A stretch of 64,000 nt of DNA from Dipteris shenzhenensis. Its lineage: Eukaryota. Shown one piece after another: positions 35,601-50,600 of this stretch (positions are counted from its first letter, which is position 1; each line of letters begins with the position of its first letter). The position numbers and the translations under genes were made by a program. Location: assembly GCA_047967505.1 (NCBI GenBank), contig CM106538.1. One strand, given 5' to 3'. The notes beneath the pieces are model-generated. The model was not told where the DNA came from, made no database searches, and saw nothing but the letters and a program-made list of their open reading frames with translations.

Positions 35601-38600
35601 ATGGTAATTGGTATTGTCCGTCCTGTGTTGCTGATGAGCAAGGATTTTGTAGACATGCCTCTGCTGTTGGAGAATCAAACAAGACAGCTCCCAGGCAGGT
35701 CCATCGAAGCAAGCCCATGGATGATGGAAGCATTCTACCAGAGTTGATGGCAAGCATGGCTGGAAGGGATTACTGGGATTTAATTGGATCTGAGGTAGGA
35801 ATACAGATTTACTGGTCTTTGATCTTTGTAAGACGTTGGTTGCCAGAGTTTCATTCCTTTTGTCAATGTTTGGTTTTTTAAATTGGTTTTAGTCTAGCTT
35901 GTCATTCTACCTTGTCTTGTGGGTTGGTGGTGATTTCCTTCTGTTACTAACACACTTTTTGTTGCATGTAAATATCTTGTGAGTCTGGACTCTGGGGTGA
36001 TTTTTAACAGACGTTTTGTTGCCTGTACATGCCAGAGAATGCTACTTTTAAAGTTTTTGTGTGACAAAGGTTTGGAATCAGCAGTAATAAGAGATCACAT
36101 TGACCAGAGCATTGAGGTATCATTGGAACTACAGCAAAAGCTGCGCCTCCTTCTATTGGAGAGACAAAGCTGTATAGGCAAAGGAGGTCATGCTATGGAT
36201 GACAGTCTTGTAATGGATGCAGCAGAAGCTAGAAGCAAGGATGCATTTATAGCCAAGAAACGAGGACGCAAAAGCTTGAAAACTAGTGTTTTCTGCTCAG
36301 TAATGGAGGAAACTGACAGAAGTGGGATGGCATGGGAAGATCTAAAGCTGCAGGCCGGACAACCTGGTAGTTCTGGGATTGTTGAGTATCAAGAAAGTCC
36401 AGGTCATGTAAAGCAACTGAGTGGGTATGAGGAAAATCTCACAAGGACAAGAGGTAGGATCAATGCTCTCGAAGGTGGGGAGAGAGAGAGGTCCTTGCAC
36501 AGTCAGTCAGAGACTGGTCTGACATTGTTCTCAGATGTGAATCAAAGAGATTTTGAGGTTGGACAGAGAAGAGGTTGGGCGGACAGAGATATAGAACCAC
36601 ATACTATCTATGAAATGCAGAATTTGGGTCACGTTGGTTCAGATGTGCGCCAAACAGGCACTGCAGTCGCAATATTAAAAGAACCAGAAGAGGAAATCAA
36701 GGATCAAAATTTATCAAGCAATACAGAACAGAAGGATCCATTAGTTTTTTGCGCTGACAGAGCTAAAGATCTAGCTGTCCAAGCACAAGAAGCTGCAAAA
36801 GAGTTGCCAGGGGAGATTTTCAAAGGCATAGGGAATATGGAAGCTAATGTTCTGGTACGTGGCAGTCCTCTTAATAATGCATTGATGAGATCGTTGCCTG
36901 ATCCATTTTATTCACCTGCAGCTGAAGAGAATGAGAAGGGAATCCAGGGTGCTTTCGAAGTTAGGAATCTTGAAGCTAGAACAGGTAGGTATCAGCTACC
37001 TTTGACGGCATCGTCTTTCCAGCAGAGCATTGGGCAAGAAGATTCTCTGCTGTTGGATGCTCAAGCACTGTCTGTTCGTGAGCCAGTGGAAACAGAGATT
37101 GAGAAAGTGGAGGCAGAGATAATGAAAACAGCCGCACGAAGAGAGTGTCTTGGGAGAGATGCATTGGGAAGGGTCTACTGGGCCCTTGGTTGGGCAGGTA
37201 AAGTCCCTTGGTTAGTGGTTGAAGGACAGTCCTCTGAGCCCAGAAATTTATATCCTGAGAGAGATTTTTCAAGGAGCCACACTTTTGATGGAAGTGCTGA
37301 AATGGACCCACCTGCTGGATTAGGCGTGAGTAAGGTAAGTGAGGCAGATATTTCACGTGCTGAAGGTGCCTGGTTGAATGAAAAGGCAGCGGTAGGCATG
37401 CAGGAATGGATTGCATATGAAAGTGATGAGTGTATTGAGCAGCTTCTCAGATGGTTCAAGCCAACTTTAAGCATTGAAAGGGCCTTGAAATCTGCAATTA
37501 CTAAATGGTCTACGTTATGGAGTCACAGAATTGGGAGGGAACTAGATAAGAAACAGCTACCAAAGTCACGATCTGCTGCTGGCATTTTATTAAACACAAA
37601 GGCTGCAGCTATTCTTGTGAAGAAATTTGGTCCAATCTGCTGGCCAGATGGACCCAGTGAGGTCCATGGTCGTAAGCACGGAAGAATGAAAAAGGCTTTA
37701 GGCGAGGGGAGGCTATTTCGATGTGATTGCTTGGAATTGGTTTGGACAGCAAGAGGCCACTGTCCGTGCTGTCATGAAACATTTGACTCTCCTACAGAGC
37801 TCCATAGTCATAATAATGGTGCCTGCAGCTTGATTTTATCTGCTGCTGAGGAGCGAGAGGGCAATGCCACAGTTCGGTCAAAGATTAAGAAAGCAAAAAG
37901 TAAACAGCAAGAGTTTGTTCCTCCAGACCTTTCTGCTGTGGTGAAACTTTTCTCTGCCCGAACCTCAACTCGGGAAAGGGTTCTCCAAATTGGATGCATT
38001 GCAGATAAGGGACCCACTTTTACTCCTGCACTTTCTATTTCTCCTTTCTTTGACCCCTCTCTTACCATGACACATACATCATCACTTTCAGACGCCCTTC
38101 TGTTATCAGACATCACAAACCTTGGTTCAAAGATCCACAGTTCTTCCAGCAGTATTTTCAGCAATGATGGTTCTTTGTCCAAAACTCCTGTTAATGTAGC
38201 TTTTGGCACAGTAATAAGGGTTAATGAAGATGCGGAACGGAATGGGTTGCCTACAGGTCCTATATCTAACAAATTGTTAGAGGCTGTAAATAATTCATCA
38301 ATGTTATGTGACAGTAAGCATAGCTCAAAGGTTACTTTATCTTCAAGCAGTGTTCCTGCCCCAGGCTCTCCTATACATGTGGATGGAGCGACAAGGGTGG
38401 CGAATGAAGATACCAAGTTGCATTCTGCAAGAGATGCTCAGAGTCCTCAAATGAGGGTGAATGCATCAACATCTGCACAGCCTTTGACTGGGAGGAAATT
38501 GTGGATTTTGAAAAGGCTTAAAGCAAATTTGCTTGACATTGAATCTGTTCTGTCCATAGACGCCTTGGAGCCATCAAGAAGTCAGCCCAATCGACGGCGG

Positions 38601-41600
38601 GCTTGGCGGTCTTTTGTAAAATCAACAGCTTCAATTTCTGAGGTGAGTCGGTGGCTGTTTCCATTTCTTATAATGGTGCTGTGTGATGATAAAACGCCAT
38701 TGGATTTCAGTTTGATCATGTTAAATTGCTAGGTTTCATCATCGCTTTGAGCTTCCCTTGATCCTAGGGAGTTGTTACTATAGCCAACAATATTTTAATC
38801 TAGGGCCATTGCGTAGTGTCCTAGCTATTCTTAAGAATTCAAGGAATTAACCTTCATGGTTGGATTTTTGTGAAGTCAATACCCAAATATTTGATTGGAG
38901 TTTGTGATTTTACTTTGCTGATAACTAGCTTTTTCACTTATTTGTCATCCTCCCATGTTATAACATGCAGAAATAGGCTAAATATTGTGCAAGTTCTGGC
39001 CGTTGGTTTCTGCTACTTCTTTACATCTTCAGAGTGCATCAGAAATGGGCTACTGAAGAAATATTTTTATGTGTAATCCACGTCATGGCTGTTAGTATAT
39101 GGTGTGAAAGTGTTTCTGTCTATAGAGCAGGGTGAATTGTAAGGTTGCATTGATGAGCTTTAGTCTTTAGTGATAATTTTAGTAATGGGTCATGGTGGAG
39201 TCTTCCCATCATCTCTGGATAATCCAAAATGTTTGTATATGCTCATGTTGTCATGTAGGTAACTTGTGTCAAATGCAGGGTACCAATGACATGTTTGGAG
39301 ATACCATAACATGCATGTCATGTTAAGCATGTTAAAACTTAGGTTTCAGACTGTTGTGAGTGGAATGCCAACTTTCGTGAAGTTAATACAGCATTATCTT
39401 CATGATTTTATGGTGCTGATTTTGGGAGAAAATATGAGTGTTTCATTGTTTCCCAAGAAGGCAGCTAAATTTAGCGTTTTCAAAATCTAGTGTTCTAAGT
39501 ATGGAGTAATTTTGTGCTATATTTGTAAAACTGCCTTTTGAATTTTTTTATCTTGGTTGCAGTTAACTCAGCATTTTGCAAACATTCTAGAGTCGGCAAT
39601 CCGATTATTGTTAAATTCTGTGATGGTAGTGGACATAAGAAGTATTGAATTACAGGTCAGCAGCTAGTGTGGTCCATAATCGACAATATCAGATTGAGCA
39701 AAGAAGTACTTTCTTGAGCCTTGGGTTTCAGATCTCCCAGGAGAAGTTGCATGTGCATGCATTTGGTAGGCCTGAGAGCAAGATTCTATTATGAACTCAT
39801 CCTTTAGTGTTGGGTTTATACAGAGCCAATGTTTTTCAGATTTGGTCCATTCAACTTGCATAGTTACAAATCTACATTTTGAAGAAGTCGTGACGTAGAA
39901 AAGGGAATGCTGTTGCTTAACATATTAAACAATTGGGCAGAATTTTAGCTGTGTGAGTGTTTGATGATGCTCTAGGAGCCAAAAACAGTCCATAACTACA
40001 TCGAATAATATCAGTAAATGGTTTATGAATTGCGATTGAATGCACACAACAAAAAAGGGTTGTTGCAAGTGACTTGTGACCCAGCGGCTCTGCCTTGGGG
40101 ATGGGCGAGAAAAGTCTCACAATATGAGAAGAGTGAGTGAAAGAGAAATTGTACTTGCTAGCACAAAGCAGCTGCAAAGAGTTTGAGAAAGAAAGAAAGA
40201 AAGACAGTTCATTAAAAGCCTTCGGAAGACAAAAGGGTCTATGAGACTAAAAGACACTAATACAATGAGCTAAGGAATGGAGCCACTAGTAGGCATCAAC
40301 ACCCATGACGTATACAAAGGAAAATCCATAATCTTGAACGTAACGGCGTCGCTTCATAGAGAGAGAACTCTTTGGGCCCGTGAAATGGGAGCTAGTGGGG
40401 GCATCAACGCTGGGAAGGGGGGCGTCGATGGACGAGGCTGATGTGGTGGCATATAACCTGTGATAGATCACTGACAATTGTCAGCGTGTCTGGTCCGTTG
40501 TGGTCTCTTGGCTATAGCTCTACGGCGGACAAGTACCATCGTCACTTCTTCGTTCTGATGAGCATGGAAGGTCTATAATGTGATCTGCTCCTCAGTGTTG
40601 AGTCTGGCGTGTCTCTAGCTTTGACTCAAGTCCTCGCAGCTGCCGTCTCTGAGGGTCCTGCTGGTCGGTGCTGTCTAGCTAGAAAAACTCAGTGATCATA
40701 CTCTGAGTGGGTTTGGCTGCGTGTCCTTATCACCCCTACGTGCTCTAAGCAGGGCTCCATGTATTGGGCAGCCTCATGGATGAAGGCCATCAAACTTCTC
40801 TGGTTTGGGTAGGATAGGAAATTGGATAGGGCTCCAAGACCATTTCAAAAAGGTAGTGATAGTGACCTGATATCGTAGTTTGTGATGGCATTGAAAGCGA
40901 AATGCTCCTCTGACTCAATCTCGGGACTCACACAAAGTGCAGATGTGGCCCTTTCTGGGCATGCCCTTAGTCCGACGACTCTCAATACGGAGACAATATG
41001 ACGAGGCCCAGAACTACCCTATCAATATCCTCATGGAGTGGGGGAGGTGGGTTTGTGTGTACCCTGGTGGGTCACACTCCGCAGCAAAATGAGTGGAAGA
41101 ATCGAGGCTTGATGGAAACGGCTAGGTGGATGCGTAGGGTAAGTCTTTGCCCAACAAGTTTTGTGCTCAATAGGGCACCCAGCACCCAGGCGGGCATTGA
41201 AGAAAATAACTCCCTCTGAAGCATGGACAAGCCAGAAGCCTGTGATGTCACGCATGTGGGTATTTGGGTGTTTCGCCTATGCACATGTTCCCTCTCAGTT
41301 GACACACGAATTGGAGGACAAAGCAGTGAAGTGCATATTTGGGCTACAGCTCACAAAGTAAAGGCTATAGATTGTATCAGCCTAGCATGAGGAATGGAGT
41401 GTGTCTGGCTCTGTAAGCTACCTGCAGATCTTGATGTCTTCCAGACCTCTTCTACTACCATCTACACGGACAGCTAGAGTGCTTTGGCCATTGTGTGTAA
41501 TCTTGTCTTTCATGTGCGTACCAAGCACATAGGGGTTCACTTTCACCATGCTCGAGAGCAACTGTCAGCTTGAGACATACAGTTGTCCTATGTACTGACG

Positions 41601-44600
41601 GAGGATAACTTAGTGGATCTCTTTACGAAGGCTCTACTCCGACCCAAATTTAAAGTTTTTTGGCAAGCTTTTCACTTGTTACCTTTGTTACTTGATTCTA
41701 CTTTCTGTGTACTATCGTAGGTTGCCATATCTATCACGGATGAACCTGTGCATCCTGTTAGAGTTCATCTCCTGTCTCATTGAGTGAGGGCCTTGGTTGT
41801 GGGTCTGCCCGCCCATGTGAGGGAGTGTCAAGCCCGTTGTTGTGGGTTTGTCCGCCCTGGAGAGGCAGAGGGGGTTCATAGAGGCCAGCATGTACATGGA
41901 CCTGTGCGGGGCTGTTTGCCTCTATTCCGAGGCTTTGGAGGGGCCGCCATCTGATGTGGAGGGTGCAGGGGTCTGCAGGTCCCTGCTAGAGGCCTGTTTG
42001 GAGGCACCATCACCCTGCCTTGGGGCTGCCACCAGGCCGCACGTGTGTGCCTGGTTGGCGGGCCATTTGGCCTCACACTAGCCTGCTACAGCCGACCTAT
42101 CTGGTTGGTCTTCTCCAGCAGACCAGAGTCGGACCCTATTGGGGCAGGGGGTGACCTTATAATAGAGCCCCCTCCCTCCCTTGTTTGGCATCTTATCAGC
42201 AGGTGATCTCTCATTGGTTGAGGTTTTTTTCCAGGAGTAGAGGAGGTATTTTGTGAGATCCTTGTGCAAGTGTCTCTTGTTCCCAGTTTTCCTGTGTGAG
42301 TGTTTGCTGTTTTCCTCCATTGTTGCTCCACACCGTTGCACTTCTCACATGGTATCAGAGCCAAAGGTTGGCTTAAAAGACCTAAGTTGTGGAGAGGAGA
42401 ATCAGCAAGCTACGATGACTTTTTGGGAGCTGTTCGTAGTGGAAGCTGAGAAGGTGCAGGCTGCTTTTTGGACTACATAGAAGGGTAGTTACTTTGAAGG
42501 GTGTTTCATATCGAAGGAGCGGATTGTGTGAAGGCTAGTCACTTGGAGGTCGAAGGAAGAATCCTCTCAGCCTTCTCTCCTTCCTCCTCTCTTTCGTCCT
42601 TCATTTCCCTTCTTTAATCCTCCTCCTCGATCTTCCCCATTCTTTCCACTTCTATCCCATGGCTTCTCTACAGGAATTGGCAGAAAACAAGTTGAAGATC
42701 CCTGTTTTACCCCCGTTCCCTGTCGACCGTCAATTGGACAGGAACAATAATGGCGTGTGGTGTTTATGATGGAGTCAGTATTACAGCCTTACGGCTTGGC
42801 GGACTTCATCCTGGTAGGTTTTACAAGGCCAGATCCCCTTGATGCAAGTTTTGGCATTCTGGATTAGAAGGAGGCCGAGAATCTGGCTCAGATTTGGGAC
42901 CATGTCAATGCAAGGGTCTGTTCATTCATCTTCTTGAGTTGTACTCCTTCGATTATTAATCATGTAAAGCACATGTTGGCTGCAAAGAGTATCTGGGAGC
43001 ATCTGGCCTCCCTCTATAACCGGACTTCCCCTATGAAGAGGATCTCTCTTGAGGTTCAGATGAGGATATTAGATCCTGCTAAGTCATTTTCTATGCGGGA
43101 ACATATCAATAAGCTTTTGGAATTTCAACAGGAGATACTTCAGGTAGGGAAGGAGATATGAAGATATGTCCATTACTTTTCTTTCTCATCTCACGTCCGA
43201 GTACTCTGCTTCTTATTCTTCATTGATCACTAGTGGCAGGATGAGTACTCTCACTTGGGAAGAGTTGGTGCTTATGGTGCTGGATCAAGAGGAGCGGTTT
43301 CAAAGTTCCCCGCATGGCGGTGGCTCCGATGCTCTAGCAACCCCACAGTTGGGCAAGAATCAAGGATGTCGCACCCCTGATACGAGGACTGAAGCTGTGA
43401 AGGAGGCACTGAAGGAGGAACGATTGCGGCAAGAAAGGTCATTACTAGAGGAAGTGTCCTTATCGGGTTACCAACAAAAGTCCCGGTTCTTCCAGAGGTC
43501 CAGGTTCTTCCTTTGGTGCTATCACTCCCGCTTTTGTGCATATTGAAATGATTGATTCTCTTGTGTCCTCTATTGGAGAGGGGGTTCTGTCTGTCTAAGC
43601 CAATGACTTCATCGTTGATAGCGGGGCATCTCGGAATATGAGCCCTTCTCTAGCTGTGCTGAAGGATTTTGTGATCTTCGGTGGTAATGTCTGTATTGGC
43701 GATAGCTCTGTCATCAAAGCTCTTGGTGCAGGCAACCTCGACATCATTCCCAATGGAAAAGGAGGGATGCACTCCTCTTGAGTTCTGTTTGTTCCCTCTC
43801 TCGGATTCAATCTATTATATGTTTATGAGACTTGCCATCTTGGAACCACAATATTATTTGATGAACACTTTGTGGAAGTTCGAGATAAGGTTACCGGTCA
43901 AGTGGTACAAATTAGTACAGTTAGTCATGGCATCTACACTCTGTGCGTGCTTTCCACGATCACGTCTTCTCTTCAAGGTGATCTTTGGCACTTTCATTTT
44001 GGTCACTTGAATGTTGATGCTTTCAGATGTGGTGCTAGTGAACAAATGATCCTTGGACTAGCGAGTTGAACAGCAAGCACGGTCAGTGCCACGGTCATGT
44101 ATTCGAGGAAAGAAACACCGGGATTCGTTCCCGAAGCAGGCCTCACAGCGGGCTTCCTTACCTTTGGTTTGGTCCGTGTTGATCTTTGTGGACCGATGAC
44201 TGTTGCCAGTCTTGGTGGGGCTCTTCATGCTATTGGTTGATGACTTCAGCAGGTATATGTGGATATATTTTTTGGCCCACATGTGAAAAAAAGCAAGAGA
44301 GCAAGAGTGAGCAAGATGGAGAGTGAGCTGAAGGTAGTTCACTCCCTAAAGTCAACTGAACTGAAGTGAATGAAGTGTGAGTATAAGGAAAGAGATAAGG
44401 GTTTTGTCTAAGTGACAAAACCCTATCTAATCACTAAGCGTAGTTAGAGATTAGACCGTGGTTAGGGGGAAAAACCTCTAAGAGGAAAAAGTGCCCCTAA
44501 CTCACTCATTATATTACATTGGCTACTACCTAGAATATATTAATAATTCTAACACCCCCCAGCAGTGCCAATGTGGTGTACAAGGTAGTGATCAATCACC

Positions 44601-47600
44601 CAAAGGAGATAAGTTTAGGGCACTGCGAAATGCCTCAAACTTCTCACGTGGAAGTGCTTTGGTGAAGATGCCTGCAACATTGTCATGTGTTGACACATAG
44701 ATCATACTGATCTCCCCTGCATGCAACTTCTCTCTGACATAATGATAATGAACCTCAATGTGCTTCGTGCGAGCATGAAACACAGGATTCTTTACCATTG
44801 CAATAGCACTCAGAGTATCAGTGAGAATAGGAGAAGGACCCTCCAATATGAGACGAAGATCAGCGAACAAACGTCGTAGCCAAACACACTCAAGTGTCGC
44901 TGTGAAAGCTGCCCTGTACTCAGCTTCACATGAGGAAGTAGCCATTGTAGATTGCTTCTTGCTCAGCCAAGAAATGCAAGCGTTGCCCAAAAAGAAACAA
45001 TTACCACTAGTGGACTGCCTGGTATCATAGTCTCCAGCCCAATCTGAACCACTGTAAGCATGCATCTGCAAGTCACCCCCCCTGGGAAACATCAAGCCAA
45101 AAGACTTTGTGCCTTACAAATATCTGAAGATGCGTTTTACAGCCTGCCAATGTGTTGTCTTTGGGCTATGCATATATCTGCTCACGTGAGATACTGCATA
45201 TTGAATATCGGGCCTGGTATTGCACAAGTATATGAGGCATCCAACAGCCTGGGTGTAAAGTGTGACATCCACTGATTCACCAGCATCATACATAGTAAGC
45301 TTCAGCCCCGGCTCCATGGGAGTGACAATAGGCTTACAATCATGCATGTTGAACCTATCCAAGAGTTTCTGCACATACTTGGATTGAGACATAACAATGC
45401 CACGCTTGTCTTGTATAAACTGGATCCCCAAATAAAAATTTAACATGCCCAAATCTGTCATGTCAAATTCAGCTTTCAACTCAGCTTTGAAATTTGCAAT
45501 TATATCCTCATTTGAACCCGTGAGCAGCATGTTATCTACATAAAGAATGATGACCAAAATATCCCCCCCATCCTTCTTGATGTAGAGGGTGCTTTCCGTA
45601 GGAGTATTGTGTAATCCCTTACTTGCCAGGAATGCATCTATCTTGGCATACCATGCACGTGGGCTTGTTTCAGCCCCTATAAAGCTTTGTTAAGCTTGCA
45701 TACCTGAAGTGCATTGCCAGAAAGTTCAAATCCAGGAGGTTGCTTGACATAAACCTCTTCCTGCAAGTCCCCATTAAGGAAAGCTGTTTTTATGTCCAAC
45801 TGATGGAATTCCACACAAAATTTGCAGCCATTGCAATAACTGACCGTATGGTGGTCATCCGGGATGTAGGAACAAAAGTCTCCTCATAATCTGTGCCCTT
45901 CTTCTGTGCATAGCCTTTGGCAACCAGCCGTGTCTTGTACCTACCAATAGGTCCATCTGGCTTTCTTTTTAGCTTGAAAACCCACTTGGTACCAATGGCA
46001 TGCTTACCTGGTGGCAAATCCACAACATCCCGAGTCTGATTTTTCTCTATGGACTGCAACTCATTGTGCATGGCATGCATCCAATGCACATTATCCTTTG
46101 CTTCTTCAAAAGAGTCAGGCTCCTCTTCATCAAGAAGAGTCCCTGCATAAGCTGTCTCAACTGAAAGAGCCCCCCCTGCGTGCCTTACTGCACTATGAGT
46201 CCTGCCAGGCAATGGGGCCTCAAGCCTACTCTCCCTAAGAGTTTGGAGCAATCAATTCGGGACTGTTTTGGCTGCGTGTATCTCTTGAATTTCTTGCTTG
46301 ACAACTTTATCCACACCCTGAGGTGGTACAAAATCAGCCGACGGCTGAATTGGGGCATGTGGATCTGGTGGAGGTTGCTGTAAATTCTGAGTTTTAGTGG
46401 GGGAACCAAATGCTATAGGAAGCATCCCCTCAAACACATGATCTGAAGAAGCTGGAATCTGAAATTCAGCATGTGTATGCTGAATTTTCAGAGAATATAA
46501 CATCTCTACTAACAAAAATCTTGCGTGTAGCAAGATTGTAGAGACGATAGCCTTTGCTCTGTGAACTATATCCCACAAAAATGCATTTAAGTGCCTTATC
46601 TGACAACTTGTGTCTAAACTCCACAGGCACATGGGCATATGCAACACAACCAAAAAGTCTGAAATGGTCCACTGAAGGCTTTCTCCCATGCCATGTTTCA
46701 TAGGGAGTGATTGTCTTCAAAGCCAAGACGTGTGAGGCAACTTCTTACTTGTAAGCATGCATCTATTCATCTCCATGGTAGTGCGATTCTTCCGCTCAAC
46801 TTTGCCATTCTGTTGAGGTGTAAGCCTCACTGTAAGCTGATGCGTGATGTCTTTCTCCTTCAAATATACTCTCCCCCTCGATTTGTGCGAAGTGTCTGCA
46901 CCTTGACAAACATAGCAAACTGACCAAGTAAAATCCCTTCCTGGGATGTAAAATGCCAAGTAAAATCTGCAAAAAAAATCTACCCACAGTGACAAGTACT
47001 ATCACAGCCTATCAAAGGCTCAAAATGCACTTCAATGCTTTGTTGAATGCCCAAAAATCTGCAAATAGAATTTGCAAAGAGTGGCAAAAGTTTGCAAATG
47101 GACTCATACTGAGTCCAAAACTGCTTGCAAACTTCCAAAATGCTCTTTTACCTGCAAAATTGCAACCCAAATGCAAAAGCCCCAACTTCTTGCAGGAAAT
47201 TGCATACAAAAGAGGGCAAATGATGTGAAAGCCCCAAATGTTGCACAAATTGCACTCTGCCTGCAAAAGCCCTAAATTTCATTGCCAGATTGCTATGCAA
47301 TTGCAAAAGCCCCAAAAATTCTCCAAAACTTGCAGATCTACTGCAATGTCTGCTAAAGCTTCAAATTTGCTTCTAAAAGCGAAGCCAAACAATGGCTTAT
47401 GCACAACTTAGCCTGCAAATGACGGACACCGAACACTTTCAGTTTGCAAAAAATCTGCAAGTACAGAACTGTACGGAATCGTACGGATGTTCTGTATCGA
47501 CTATACGGACAAAATTGGCGCAAAAGTACGGAATTGTATGGACGGCCGTACGGAACTGTACAGACGAAAATTGGCGCACTGTACGGAAATGTACGGACGG

Positions 47601-50600
47601 TCGTATGAAAGTGTACAGATGAAAACTGACGCATAGTACGAAAATCTGTACAGTCATACGGGATTGTACGGACAGAATGCGTAGTGTACGAACGGAGACG
47701 GGCACGGTATGGAATTTGTACAGTTGTACGGACTGTATGGACAGAATGGTGCTATACGGACGTCCGAGAGCTGAAGCTTGGCGATGGAGCAGAAATGCGG
47801 GAGCTGAAGCAAGAGGCTGGGAGCAAGGAGTAGGTTTGGGAAGGAAGTGCTCTGATACCAAATGTGAGAAAAAGCGAGAGAGCAAGAGTGAGCAAGATGG
47901 AGAGTGAGCTGAACGTAGTTCACTCCTTAAAGTCAACTGAACTGAAGTGAATGAAGTGTGAGTACAAGGAAAGAGATAAGGGTTTTTGTCCAAGTGACAA
48001 AATCCTATTTAATCACTAACCATAGTTAGAGATTAGACTGTGGTTAGGGGGAAAAACCTCTAAGAGGGAAAAGTGCCCCTAACTCACTCATTACATTACA
48101 TTGGCCATTGCCTAGAATATATTAATAATTCTGACACCACAAGTCTCTAGCGTATTCTCGTTTTTGGAAATGGTGTGCCTTAGTCGAGAATGAATCTAAC
48201 TTTCATGTGAAAACCCTTCGGTCTGACAAAGGTGGTGAATTTTGTTCTCATCGATTTGAGGAGTTTTGTGTGGCAAAGGGGAGTTTGCCAAATATCGGCA
48301 CTGCATCTAAAGCAGGTGTTGTTGAGCAAAAGAATTGTACCGTGGTTGAGATGTCTTGGACCATGTTGGGTCACCGGGAAGCTCCTCGACTTCTTCGGGT
48401 TGAGGCCACTGCCATGGCAGTTCATATCTTGAACCATTCTCCGACGTATGCTGTTCCCAAGGCAACTCCTTTTGAAGCTTATTTCTGCAAGAAGCTTGAT
48501 GTTTCCTATTTTCGTGTGTTTGGGTCTGACGCCTTTGTACACATTTCAAAGAAGCAGTAGACGATCTTTGTCGGATACAATTCTCAATCTGCAAGTTATT
48601 GACTGTATGACCCTTCCAAAAGGGAGATTATCCTTAGCAGGGATGTTATCTTTGATGAGCATATTCTGTCTTCAATAGTTGATGTTGATCTACCCCTTCT
48701 TCCAGAGACCGTGGATGATGACAGCAGTGATGATTCTGTTCCTGCATTGCCCCCACCAGAAGGATAATTTGTGTCTCAGAAACGTTAAACTCAGGAGCTT
48801 CTGGAGGCTTTTCATATGTGAGACTGTGGTGCCATTTCCTCACCCATGGACCCGAGTACCAAATTGTCCAAGTATGACCCCAGTGATCCAGTAGATGCAA
48901 GCGAATACCCCCAGTTGATTGGTTCCCTGATTTGGCTCCTCCATACCAGACTAGATCTATGTTATTCTGTTAGTCTTCTCAGTCCCTTCATGCAGACATC
49001 TAAAAAGAACCATTGGGGCCTTGGTATGCGGATCCTTCGCTATCTTCAAGGGTCTCGCAATCGAGGTTTGTTCTATCAATCCAGATATCATTCCAAGATC
49101 CAGCTCCTCTGTCCAGGCCCCCAGGGGTGTAGATAATGACTCCCAGCCAAGGGAAAAGAGAGAGTATGAGAGAGAGACACATTCTTGGAGTTGAGAACAG
49201 AAAGAAGAGCAAGGCTCAGAGTGCAGAGGCCAGAAACACGAGAAAAAGGCTAGAACATCAGCAACAGGTCTTCGAGAGGTGCACCGACAGTCAACATAGC
49301 TTCAAAAAACCACCTCGGGGTGCATGCCAGTCACAAAAATCACCGCATAGCAGCAAAAACGAGCCTGGGAATGCGTGCCATGGGTTCTAGAGCAGAGAAG
49401 GAGCCTTGGGATGCATGCTAGCAAATGGGGAGGAGATTTAGACACTCTTCATTCCACCACTGGGTACTGTTTCACTCTTGGCTCAGCCGCTGTCACTTGG
49501 AGCAGTAAGAGGCAACCGACAGTAACCTTGTCTTCCACTGAGGCTGAGTATCGTGCTGCATGTTCCGCCACTTATGAGGCAGTTTGGCTTCGGCGGTTGC
49601 TCGGACAGATTGGGTTCCCACAGACATCCCCGAGAGTCATTCACAGTGACAATCAGAGTTGTATTGGTCTTGCCTGGAACCCTGTGTTTCATGCCCATTG
49701 AGATCTAGTACCACTATGTTTGAGAGAAGGTTCTCGATGACGTGATCTAGCTGACGTATTGCAAGACATAGGACAACAAGGCGAACCTCTTCACAAAGCC
49801 CTTAGCACAACAACTGCTTGTTGATCATTCTAGATCCCTCAGGATAATTCATGATCCAGGAGCTGAGAAATCAAGAAGTGATACTTGATATTTACCCGTC
49901 CTCGCGTTGAAGCCCCCAACAAGGGAGGGGGGGGGGGCGTATTGCAATGAAGAGGTTCTGTCACGCCTCTCGACAGAGATCATCTTTGTGAGATATGATT
50001 TATAGTACCACTACTCAAAAAGGAACTCTTGCTTTCCACACAAACCATGCTCCAAAAATAGGCAAGCACACATTCAAGAGCGCATAATTAGCCACCATAC
50101 TATTGCTAATCACCATCATGTGCTTCTCTGTATGCTTTCTCAGTCTCTTGTTTAAATGGACTGGTGTCCAAGCAAGCTCTGCCAATAGCTGATTCTAAAA
50201 TATAGTGTCCAAATAGCATGAGGGCTGCTTAACATGTTGATGAAGCTCCTAATGCAGCAACTTGTTGCATCATCTGTACGTTGTAGATTTAGCGATCTAG
50301 CAAACAACAGCTCCAAGGGTCCCATCGGAAGTTTGTAGTATCTTTGGAATGTACCTGAAAACCATCATGTTTTGACTTTTAGAAAAAGGTTTACAAAGAT
50401 GTCTCATGCAGCTGTAATCCCTTTTCTATGTCTGAGATCAACATCACATCATTTGTGTGAAGCAACAGTTTGGAGAATGACAAATTTAGATTATCTATTA
50501 TTCTACAAAGGACAATCCGGTGGATATCTTTACCAAGTTCTTTCTTTGCAAACACCTCGGTATTTAGGACTACTTTTTCTTGATGAGGCATATGATGCCT

